This document shows, in pieces, positions 54,087 through 64,000 of a DNA stretch of 64,000 bases. Origin of the DNA: Hyaloraphidium curvatum SAG 235-1 (taxonomy: Eukaryota; Fungi; Monoblepharomycota); assembly GCA_025558095.1 (NCBI GenBank), contig JAIVFI010000005.1, positions 186,001-250,000 of the forward strand, given 5' to 3'. The notes under the pieces were generated by a model. It made no database searches. It was not told the origin of the DNA and worked only from the letters and a program-made list of their open reading frames with translations. The number at the start of each line of letters is the position of its first letter. Position 1 is the stretch's first letter. A program made the position numbers and the translations under genes.

Positions 54087-56129
54087 ATGTCCGTCGCGCA
54101 GGCCGAGAAGAAGAACATGTGGGCCGGATTCGCCGCGGCGGCGGCGCGATGCGGGGCGACTGACGCGTCCTTCCGCGGATGTCTCCCATTCGTAGCTTCG
54201 GCACCGGAGTGTGGCCCTGGGACTGTCAGTACCTCCGACCTGCTTCGCCGCGGAGCATCCTTTCTCATTTTCTTTGCCTCAAACCTTTTGCCGCGCACGA
54301 TCATCGCTTTGCGCTGCCCCGACATCCTGCCACGCACGCCCGCCGTCACCAGACTACGGCGTGTCTGCCTCCATCACCGACAGGGCCAAGGAAGCTTACA
54401 AAACGCTGGTTGAATTCGTAGAACACGATTGGAAAATAATCTTGCGTTATTCTTCCCGGATGCGGTGTCTGACTCGTTGCCCTTCAACAGCATCCCCGCC
54501 GAGAAGGTGTATGCAGCCCAGCTCGGCATCGGCGAGAAGCGCTTCGCCGTCGTGCCCCCCGTCATCGATGAGCTCAAGGCCAAGGCCAAGTCGCTGGGGC
54601 TATGGAACATGTGGGAACGAGACGGCGGATCGGTGTCCCTGCGGCGCTGATTTTTGCTTCTCCTCGTGTCCCAGGTTCATGACCGTCGACTACAGCCGCG
54701 AGTACGGCGTGCCCGGCCCCGGCTTTACCACCCTGGAGTACGCCATCATGTGCGAGGTGCTCGGGCAGTCGTCGCTCGCCCCCGAGGCGACCAACTGCGC
54801 CGCCCCCGACACGGGCAACATGCACGTCATCGCGAGGTTCGGCAACGCGGAGCAGAGGCAGAAGTGGCTCGTGCCGCTCATGAACGGCGACATCCGCTCG
54901 GCCTTGTGGGTTTCTTGCTGCCCGAGCGGGAAGCCTCCTGACCGACCGGTCCTCGCATTCCCCAGCGCCATGACCGAGCCCGCTGTGGCTTCCTCCGACG
55001 CTACCAACATTTGCGCGAGCGTCAAAAAGGACGGCGACTACTACGTCATCAACGGGCGCAAGTGGTGGACCTCGGGCTTCCCCGACCCGCGCTGCAAGAT
55101 CATGGTCTTCGTTGGGCAGACCAACCCCGACAGCAATGACAAGTACTCCCGCCAGACGGTCCTGCTGGTCGAGAAGGACCTCCCTGGCGTCAAGCTCGTC
55201 CGCAACCTTACTGTATTGGGTTACGATGATGCGTGGGTTGCTTACCGAGTTTCTGGGGGTGGTTGCCCGGGTGACCTTTTGTGATCCCCCACCCAGGCCC
55301 CACGGCCACAGCGAGGTGCTCTTCGAGAACGTCAGGGTGCACAAGTCGAACCTCGTTGCCGGCGAGGGCCGCGGTTTCGAGGTGCTCCAGGGCCGTCTGG
55401 GGCCCGGCCGCATCCACTACGGTGGGTCGGTGGTCATTGGGTGTGCCGACTCGCCGCTCACTGAAAGCTCCCTTTTCACAGGTATGCGCGCCCTGGGCAG
55501 GGCTGAGCGCGTGTTCGACCGCATGCTCGTCGAGGCCACCAAGACGGACCGTCGCCCCTTCGGCAAGATCAAGGCCGAATACGGCGGGACTCAGACCATG
55601 ATCGCCGAAGCCCGCATGGCATGTCTCGGTGGACTTCGCGCTGCCTGCAAGCTGACACACATCGGTACAGAACATCACCGCCGCCCGCGGGCTCGTGCTG
55701 CAGGCTGCCGACGCGATCGACAAGAAGGGCCCCAAGGGCGCTCAGCGTGAGATCGGCATGGTGGGTTCGACGACCACCGACTTGAACGTCCAACTGACGG
55801 AACTCCCTTCAGGTCAAGGTGTTCGTGCCCCGTGTGGTGCAGGAAATCGTCGACCAGGCCATCCAGCTCGCCGGCGGCGGCGGTGTCTCGCAGGAGTACG
55901 AGCTCGCCTACGCCTTCCACACGACCCGCGCCGAGCGCCTCGGTGACGGACCCGGTATGTTTCTGTGCCGTTCTTGCTTCCGCCGCCGAGCTCACCTCTG
56001 CATGGGACAGACGCAGTGCACCTGTGGCAGCTGGCCCGCCGCGAGCTCGCGCGCGCTGCCGAGGTCACCGAGAAGGTCACCAAGCGCAAGGAGCGCGAAG
56101 TGGCCATGTTGAACAAGTACCGCCTGTAG
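54087..56129 (+). CDS. acyl-CoA dehydrogenase (ACAD10/11-like catalytic domain), probably peroxisomal
   Basis: KAKSLGLWN, LEYAIMCEVLG, APEATNCAAPDTGNM, SAFAMTEPAVASSDATN, INGRKWWTSG, GYDDAPHGH, QGRLGPGRIH, DQAIQLAGGGGVSQ and RLGDGPD.VH. About 10 introns. Ends in YRL. Confidence 0.92.
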
Positions 56130-56280
56130 ACCACTGGTCTCTTGATGGATTAGATGCTGGTTTTCCCGACAGTCTATGCGCGTGATGCCCGACGCCGGAT
56201 TTGTCTAATTGCTGCTCGAACAGTGCCAAAGTCGCATCTTCCCTCGCCGCCTCCATCCTTCACCGCGCTCGCGGAGCGCA

Positions 56281-58078
56281 TCACGACCCCCTCTTTGCCG
56301 GGTTCGTGTACGCCCAGATCTTGCCGTCGCACGAGTAGCGGACGTCCTCGGCAAAGGTGACGGAGTCCATCGGGAAGTCCCGCATGAAGTGCTCGCGGAT
56401 CGGGTCGTACGTGATCAGGTAGCTGGCGTTGCCGCGCTCCTCGACCTTGGCCTCCTCGAAGTGCTGGGGGCGGCGCGGGTCAGCTCCGTCGGAGCGATCG
56501 CCCGCGGCTTGCTTACCGAGACCATCTTGAGCCGGGGCATGCGGCGGAACATCTCCGCGTTGAAGGACTGCCGCCACCAGCTCTGCTTCAGGGCCAGCTC
56601 CCCGGGCCCGGGAGGCACGCCGGAGTAGAACACGGCGCCGGATTCGGGAACGGCGAGTGGTTTCCTGTAGCGCTCGGCAAACATCGCTGCGGAGACAAGA
56701 GTTGGACTGCGATCGGATTCGTCCGCAAGCGAAACCCACCGTAGAAATCCCACTGGGGCTGACCGTAAAGCTGAGACAGCGTCGAGTTGCCAAAGATGAC
56801 GGATTCAAAGTAGCCAGGGGGGGTGACCTTGTTGACGATTTCGGGCCAGGTGTCGCCAAACCAGTCTGCGGAAACAACGTCAGCCATCAAGAAGGATGCA
56901 TGGCTGCGGACGACCCACAGTTGGACATGGCGACCCAGTCAACGTACTGCTCGCCGGGCCAGTACGGCGTGTATGGGTCGTCCTGCTCGTCGACCTTGCC
57001 GTCCTTGTTGGTGTCGAGCGCCCTCCACTCGGCCGAGGTGTTGGCCGGCGTGTAGATCGAGGGCGAGTACGGGTATCCGGCGCCCATGTTGGGCGCCCAC
57101 GCAAGCGCCGTCAGGTTAGTCACGGAGCGGATGAATCCGGAGAGCTTGCGGAAGGTGCGGACGAAGGCCAAGGGCCGCTGGCCGTACGGGTTCCAGTCTG
57201 CGGATGACAGCCTTTAGTTCCGATCGAGATTGAAATGCATCTGCTGCTCACTTCCGTTCATTTCGTGGGCTGGTTGGCGACGGCGGCGAAAACGGAGGAA
57301 GCGTGAGCTATCGACGACAGGGCAACCGCAGGCCAGCGGACGCACCGAAACGCAGGAAAACGGGGATGCCGAAAACGTAGTTGACATCCCTCATCTGCTC
57401 CGCGAATCCCCGCCAGATTCTATCAGGAATCTGGTCGAGCGCATTGTCGGGCATGAGGGCGATCTGGAGCATGCTGGCCGAGATGCGCTTCCCGCCCTCC
57501 TGGGCCTGCTTCTTGAGCTCCGAAGCGTACCACGCAACCATGTCGCGCTCCCAGGTTTCGTTGGAGATGTGGATCCAGGCGCCGATCATCATGGGCCGGT
57601 GTTCCATGCGCGCCTCGATCTGGGCTGCGGTGTCCTTGGACCAGTCGATCGAGAAGCCGATGTAGGGCTTGTTCCAGGGCTGTTCGAGCCGCTGGTAGTC
57701 GCCGTATGCTGCGTCGTACGTGAAGGAGCAGTCCGGCACCTCGGAATTGTTTGCCGACGGCTTCCAGATGATGACGGGAGCATTGTTCGCAAGGGCCTCG
57801 TTGCGCAGCACCACCAGCTGCCACACCGTCAGGCCTATCCAGGTGGCCGCCAGGCTGAAGGCGACCAGGATTTTGACCAGCAGCATGGCGTCGTCGACGC
57901 TCTTCTGCCACCGGATGCGCTCCTCCCGCTTCGCGTACTGCGACACGGTCGGCGACACGCCGGCATCGTCCGCGGCCTTCGAGGCGCGCCTGCGGGCGTC
58001 ACCCATGCCGCCCACGGTGTTGCGCTCGACGCCGGGCGGCGCCAACATGGCGGGGTCCTGCTCGCCGTCGGCCTTCAT
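56281..58078 (-). CDS. GH26 family glycoside hydrolase, type II membrane-anchored (paralog of 24238-26271)
   Basis: TM segment ILVAFSLAATWIGLTVWQLVVL. IGFSIDW, spliced LRFAHEMNGNWNPYGQRP, AWAPN, DDPYTPYWPGEQYVDWV, KPLAVPESGA and GELALKQSWWRQ. Confidence 0.85.
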
Positions 58079-58368
58079 CGGGGGATCGGGCGTGCGGGGT
58101 TGTTTGGGGTGCCCCGGCAAGACCGGGCGGGGCGCGGCGGCGGGCGGGCTGCGCGCCTGAATGGAACTGCTCCGTCGCGCTAGACGGCCGGCATGCGGCG
58201 GCCCGACGGGGCGGAATGCGTTGTTGCTTTGGGAGTCCGTCCAAACACGGTGTTGTGCCAGCCACCGAGAGCGGGGGTTCGCGGGCGCTAACCTCGCGCA
58301 ACTACGCGAAAAAAGCTAGCCCGCTCCCACAAGCCGGGACAACCGTCACACGCAAGCCCGCACTCACG

Positions 58369-61300
58369 ATGAGCGGCAAGAAGCAGGCCACGCTGGCGTG
58401 AGTGCGCGCCGTCGGGCACCGCCCGCCGCGCATGGCCGCGCGCGTCGCCGCGGCTGCACTCCGCGCGGCGCTGCCACGGACCTTCTCACGCGCGCCGCCC
58501 CTCCGGCCCCCCGTCCCGCCGCTGCGCCGCCCGCCGTGCAGGGCCTTCTTCGGCGGGGGCGCCGCGAAGGCGAAGGAGCCGCCCACGCCCGCAAAGGCCC
58601 CGAGCGACGGGGGGAAGAGCTCCAGCGAGGACGACGACGACGTGGTCGCCAAGCCGAGCAAGTGTCGCCCGTTTCCGCTCCTGTGCATCGGGATCTAACG
58701 CGGAAAATCCCAGAATCGCGTCGTCTCAAGCGGCCCAAGGCCGTCGCCTCGTCCGACTCGGAGCCCGAGCCCAAGCCCGCCCCCTCCGAGGGCACGACCC
58801 CGGAGAAGGAGAACGGCCAGGACAACGGCAGGAAAAAGCGCAAGAAGCGCGACGATGGCGAGGGAGATGGCGGAGAGCGGAGGCAGTCGGCCGCGGAGAT
58901 GGACCTGGACGATGCGCTGGACCGCATCGGCACCCCGGGCTCGGTGGCGTCGAGGGGCAAGGTGGCGGCGATGAGGCCGAAATCGGCGCCTCCGTCGGCG
59001 GGCCCGCAGGAGGACGAGGAAGGCAAGGAAGCCGATGCTGCACCGGCGCACGAGGCTTCCCCCGCCAAGCGTGCCCGGTCGCTGTCGAGGTCGCGAACCC
59101 CGGAGCCCGCCGCCCAAGCCGAGGATGCGGAGCCGGAAGCCAAAGCGCCCTCCCGAGCTCCGTCCCCGAAGAAGGAGGTCAAGAAGGCGCCGGCAAAGAA
59201 CGCGCTCGAATCCATGATGGCCGCTTCCGCCAAGAAGGGCAAAGGCAAGGAGGCGCCCGCGGCGTCGTCCTCGAAAAAGGCGGACAAGGACGCGGACGAG
59301 GACGGGCACGAGGCAGCGGACGACATGGACGCTGAAGCCGCGGCCCAACAGTGCGTTTCGCTCTTTGGCTTCTCCGTTCGGCCACTGATGCATAACACCG
59401 GTAGAGCTCTCAAGTCCCTGGGAAGCCAGACGGCCGAATGGAAGCAGGGCGAAAAGGTGCCCTACGCTGCCCTCTGCCGCATGTTCGAGAAGAACGAGGC
59501 CACCACCAAGCGCCTGGAAAAGATCGACATCACGCGGTCCTTCTTCCAATCCGTGTTCCAGCTGTCGCCCGAGAACCTGCTGGAGACGGTCTACCTCTGC
59601 TTGAACAAGGTTTGCTGTGTTGTATGGGGCGACTGGCGCAGCTTGCTAACCGCCAGCCAACGCCAGATCGCACCGGACTACGAGGGCCACGAACTCGGTG
59701 TCGGCGTCACCATCCTCATGAAAGCCATCGCCGGTGCCACGGGCCGCTCGGTCCCGGCGATCAAATCGAGCATGGAGGAGGTCGGCGACCTGGGCGAGGT
59801 CGCGGAAACATCGCGGAACAACCAGCGCACCATGTTCAAGCCCAAGCCGCTCACGGTGCCGCAGGTCTTCAAGACGCTGAAGGAGATCGCCAGCTTCTCG
59901 GGGCAAAAGTCGCAGGAAAAGAAGGTCGAGAAGATCCAGTCCATGATCGCGGCGTGCAACGGCAGCGAGGCCAAATTCCTCATCCGCTCGCTCGAGGGAA
60001 AGCTGCGCATCGGGCTTGCGGAAAAGACGGTGCTCGTCGCCCTCGGCCATGCTGCCGTGCTGGCGCGGCCCGAGAACAAGAAGCTCTCGGCGGACAAGCT
60101 GGTCGCCAAGCTCGCCGCGGCGGGCGAAACCATCAGCGCCGTCTTCACCGAGATGCCGAGCTACGACCGAATCGTACCCGTGCTCCTCGACAAGGGCATC
60201 GATGCGCTGGCCGACGAGTGCCACCTCACACCCGGCATCCCGCTCAAGCCCATGCTCGCGCACCCGACCAAGGCCATCACGGACGTGCTGAACCGCTTCG
60301 AGGGGATCAAGTTCACGTGCGAGTGGAAATACGACGGCGAGCGTGCGCAGGTGCACCGGCTCGAGGACGGCAGCACCTTCATCTACTCGCGCAACTCGGA
60401 GAACCTGACCCCCAAGTACCCCGAGGTCCTGGAGCGCATCGGCAACGCGGCCAAGGAGGGCGTCAAGTCCTTTGTGCTCGACTGCGAATGCGTCGCCTGG
60501 GACCGGGAGAAGAAGCAGATCCGCCCGTTCCAGGCCCTGAGCACGCGCAAGCGCAAGGACGTCAACATCGCCGACATCGAGATCCAAGTCGTCCTGTTTG
60601 CGTTCGACATTCTCTACCTGGACGGGGACATCCTGATCCGGAAGCCGCTCGAGGAGCGCAGGCGGATCCTGCACGAAAACTTCCGCGAAGTCGAGGGCGA
60701 GTTTGCGTTCGCGCAGTACGACGACGGGCACACCGTGGAGGAGATCCAGCGCATCCTGGACGAGTCGATTGCCGGCGGTTGCGAGGGGCTGATGGTCAAG
60801 ACGCTCGACAAGGAGGCGAGCTACGAGCCCAGCAAGCGGTCGCGGAACTGGCTCAAGGTTTGGTGCTGCAGCTCACTTCGTCTGCACAGACTCACCATTG
60901 GTGAGCAGGTCAAGAAGGATTACCTTGCCGACAACAAAGGCGGCATCGGGGACAGCCTGGACCTGGTTGTCATTGGCGGATACCATGGACGCGGCAAGCG
61001 TACCGGAGGTTACGGAGGATTCCTTCTTGCGTGCTACGATTCCGACAACGAGCAGTACCAGACCATCTGCAAGGTGACTCCGCCGCAGGCGACTGTCATT
61101 CGCCCTGCTGACCGTTCTTCCAGATTGGCACCGGCTTTTCGGACGAGGACCTCAGCAAGCACACCAACTTTTTCAAGGAGCACGTTATCGACATCCCGCG
61201 GCCCTACTACATCTACTCGGACGATCCGCGCGTCGTTCCTGACGTGTGGTTCGAGCCCGTCCAGGTGTGGGAAGTCAAGTGTGCCGATCTGTCCATCTCC

Positions 61301-61550
61301 CCCGTGCACAAGGCCGGAATCGGCGAGGTGGGCTTGCCGCAGGCTCGCTGCGGAGTTTCAAAGCGACTCACGAATTGTTTTTCAGGTCCACGGCGGCAAG
61401 GGAATCTCGCTCCGTTTCCCGCGCTTCATCCGCATCCGTGACGACAAGGGCCCGGAGGATGCGACAACGGCGGATCAGGTGGCCGAGATGTACCGCAGCC
61501 AGGCGGTCGTCAGCAACGGCAAAGGAGGAATCAACGACGTGGATTACTAG
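58369..61550 (+). CDS. LIG1: DNA ligase I (ATP-dependent)
   Basis: Exon 1 [10 protein letters not shown] plus AFF forms a PIP box. [29 protein letters not shown], active-site [44 protein letters not shown] and [15 protein letters not shown]. Multi-exon. Confidence 0.96.
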
Positions 61551-61626
61551 ATTTGCACGGTGACGCAGAGGACTCAATTGGAACGATACCAGGCCACGAC
61601 AAAGATACTTGTAGATAGGAAAGCAA

Positions 61627-62773
61627 TCAGAGCTTTGCACGAATCAGTCGCGCGGTCGCGGACATTTGCAGGATCCGGCGCGGGCCATGTGTGCAGCGCT
61701 CCAGGATCCAGGAGCAGATGTCGTCCCGCACAACATCCTTGAGCCCGTTCGGCTACCGCGCGAAAGAAAGTCAAGTTATTGGGCGTGTGGCAGGCGCGAC
61801 GTCGTCCCACCTCGTTCAGAAGATCGTGGCTCGCGCCTTCCCAGACCACCACCCGTTTGTCCTCGGCATCGGCGAGCTCGTACAGCTGTTTGCAGCTCTC
61901 TGTGTCCACGATAGCGTCACGATCGCCGACATGGATCAGCAACGGCATATCCAAGCGTCTGTGCGCCTCTGCCAGCATGGAGCGCCCGGCACGGATGAAG
62001 TCGGCGGCGGTTCCGACTGCATGACGGTCAAAACTCAACAACTATGCGAGCGGAACCAAAGTACTCACCAACAACCCTGTCGGTGTTGTTGAACGGGTCG
62101 CTGAAATACTCCTCGCCGACGGAAGGATCGCTGGAAATGTCGTCCGCAACTGGAAAACGAAGACCTCCTCAGACTCAGTAGCGCCAACGGCTCGACTGCA
62201 CCCACGGATCCTATTCTTCAATGACAGACGGGGGAGCAGCGGAGAAATCCCCAGTATGAGTTTCTCCATTATCCATGGCATCCTCTTGTCGTGATTGACC
62301 TCGAGCATGGGTGCAACGGCGATCGCGCCGGCGAACTCAAATTCGTGGTGGTACTTTGCCGCCGCATGCAGAGCGAGTGTTCCGCCATAACCGATTCCCA
62401 GGACGAAATGGGGAGCATCTCCATGCCGCGTCCGCAGCATGGCCTCCCGAGCGTCCGTCAGAGTCCGGTCCCAGCCCTCGTTGTACCCTTTGGATTCCGA
62501 CTTGTTGTGCCTCAGCGTTCTCCCGTGGCCACGCTGGTCGTACGAATGCACCTGGATACCCTGCTCCGCCAAGTGCGTGAAGGCAACGGAGTACCGGAGA
62601 CAGTGTTCTCCCAGGCCGTGGAATGCCGTCACGACGCATCGCGGAGGGCGCCCATTCGGATCCTGCGGCCAGGCCAACCAGGTCTTGCAATAGAGCTCAG
62701 CTCCATCCGAATGCTTCACGTATTCGCCGCCGTGGAGCTCAAAGACCTCGTCCTCGTCCGAGTCACGCGGCAT
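61627..62773 (-). CDS. monoglyceride-lipase-like alpha/beta hydrolase (Hydrolase_4) lacking the catalytic Ser, with C-terminal PTS1 (AKL)
   Basis: FHGLGEHCLRY, YDQRGHGRT, elbow GIGYGG in place of GHSMGG, PLLIHVGDRDAIV and HDLLNE/P. The last exon ends RLIRAKL. Confidence 0.85.
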
Positions 62774-63087
62774 CTCCGTCCGTGATGGACGATTGTAAGA
62801 GACTCCAGAGCAGCCTCGCGACCTCGATACGAGCAGAGTTGCTCAGCGAGCCGCGAGAGCGGGATCGCGAAAACGGACTCGTGCAGGTTCCGTCTCCTCG
62901 CGATCGACACGCGATTCTCGCCCAGATGGCAACAAAACGGAAGCTTAGGCGTTCCTAGCAGTTCTTTCCGGTAGCCAATGAACCCGCTGGCGCGTTCGTT
63001 CGCGTCGTTTTCGCGAGCCGCGAGTGATCGGGCCTGCGCGCGTCCTCGCAAGGCCGTCCCCCTTGGCGCGAGCGCCAACGGAAAGCC

Positions 63088-64000
63088 ATGGTTCTTCCGG
63101 AACCCGGCTACGATGTCTTCGACATTCCGTACGACGAGGAGTTCGAAATCGTGCGGCCGCGGCGGCGCGAGCGGAGCCTGAGCATCACCATTTCGTCCAA
63201 CGACCTGCGGGCCCCCCTTTCGGACTCGGGATTCGGCTCCGAGGAAGACAACCGCAGCGAGGACGAAGACGATGAGGAAGCGCCCAGCAAGGAGGAGGAA
63301 GAGGAGGAGGAGGAGGACGATCCGCCTCCGCGCTCCAGGGGAACGAAGCGCGCGCGGTCGGTATCCGCGGACGCCGCTTCGGTGTCGGCAGACAAGCGTC
63401 CGTCCCTCCCGGATGACGAACGCGTTCGGGGCTACCCAAAGAACAGGCTGCCGAAGCCTTTCTTTGTTCTGGACCACAGCGGACGGACCGTTCGCGTCAT
63501 TCAGCAGACCGCCGCGGGCCCGGTGATTAGCGAAGTGTTACCCGACGGCACGTCGCGCGAGGAGCCGATGGACATGAGTCGCTTCGTTCCAGGAGGGGAC
63601 AAGGCGAAGAAGAACGCGCTAGTGCTCGGCATGTTCTACTGCGATCCCCAGGTGGGCTCGTGCGACGTCGGTCCCGAGCGGCACTTCTGACTCGGGCGCT
63701 GCAGAAATTTGGAAACCATCCAATCGGCTCTGCTGCCATCAGGGATTCCGTGCGCTTGCTGGAGCTTGAACTGGACTACAACGTGTATTCTGTGGACAGG
63801 GAGCACACAACCCGGGACTCGATGGACCGGCGCCACTTCAAGATCGACCTTTCGAACGGGATCCGTGCAGCACGCTCGTTGAAGAGCGAGCTGAAGGAAC
63901 GGGGCCTGTCCAAGGTCCGATTCAGTGTCGTGATTGGGGACTACTTCAGGCTTCCGGCAGGTTGGTGGAATCCAGTAGGCGCTCGCAATCAGCAGCTCAC
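63088..64000 (+). CDS. hypothetical protein with acidic N-terminal region (partial, runs off the right edge)
   Basis: ORF 63088 to about 63650, GT-AG intron (about 63652-63703), then an open frame to the window end (..VYSVD..VVIGDYFRLPAGWW). Family not recognised. Confidence 0.55.

Noticed and set aside
32484-61550. LigD phosphoesterase plus DNA ligase as a bacterial-like NHEJ cluster
   Set aside because: They are about 25 kb apart with many unrelated genes between, the ligase is ordinary eukaryotic LIG1, and no Ku or polymerase domain is seen.
4068-62773. Peroxisomal gene cluster (ARL, SKI, YRL, AKL termini)
   Set aside because: The four genes are scattered over 58 kb and two of the signals are non-canonical. 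This is compatible with chance.
1-64000. Prokaryotic origin, or bacterial contamination/chimeric assembly of the bacterial-like genes
   Set aside because: The bacterial-like genes are interleaved with intron-rich eukaryotic genes at similar GC, and some carry spliceosomal introns themselves. Read-level confirmation is still advisable.
1-64000. CRISPR arrays, tRNA/rRNA genes, transposons
   Set aside because: No regularly spaced repeats, RNA-gene signatures, or transposase/RT motifs were recognised by eye. The repeats found are coding low-complexity tracts.

Overview
This is eukaryotic nuclear DNA, not a prokaryotic window. It is GC-rich and very gene-dense, with about 33 genes in 64 kb. Many short (about 50-200 nt) spliceosomal introns with GTGAG/GTGGG/GTAAG-type donors, CTGAC/CTCAC/CTAAC branch points and YAG acceptors break up the supplied ORF track. 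The gene content combines fungal-type genes (HMT1-like ABC half transporter, hevein/CBM18 protein, SFP1-like zinc finger, Tvp15-like, GH26, GT32/GT34) with EHD and NNT. This points to an early-diverging zoosporic fungus, and Monoblepharidomycota-like is my inference. Housekeeping genes (LSM8, NNT, LIG1, ACAD, EHD) are mixed with several bacterial-looking and often intronless enzyme genes. The main observations are: (1) a head-to-head pair of bacterial-type catabolic genes (COG4091 SAF oxidoreductase and a PhyH/EctD-like dioxygenase) that looks like a co-transferred operon being converted to eukaryotic form; (2) a DNA ligase I gene whose PCNA-binding PIP box is split by an intron that itself encodes an in-frame mitochondrial presequence; (3) a candidate insect gustatory-receptor-like 7TM ion channel; (4) a probable non-canonical GA-AG intron; (5) a serine-less peroxisomal lipase pseudoenzyme, an EH-less EHD and a divergent stand-alone LigD phosphoesterase. 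All gene models were spliced by eye and all homology calls come from motif recognition. No database search was run.
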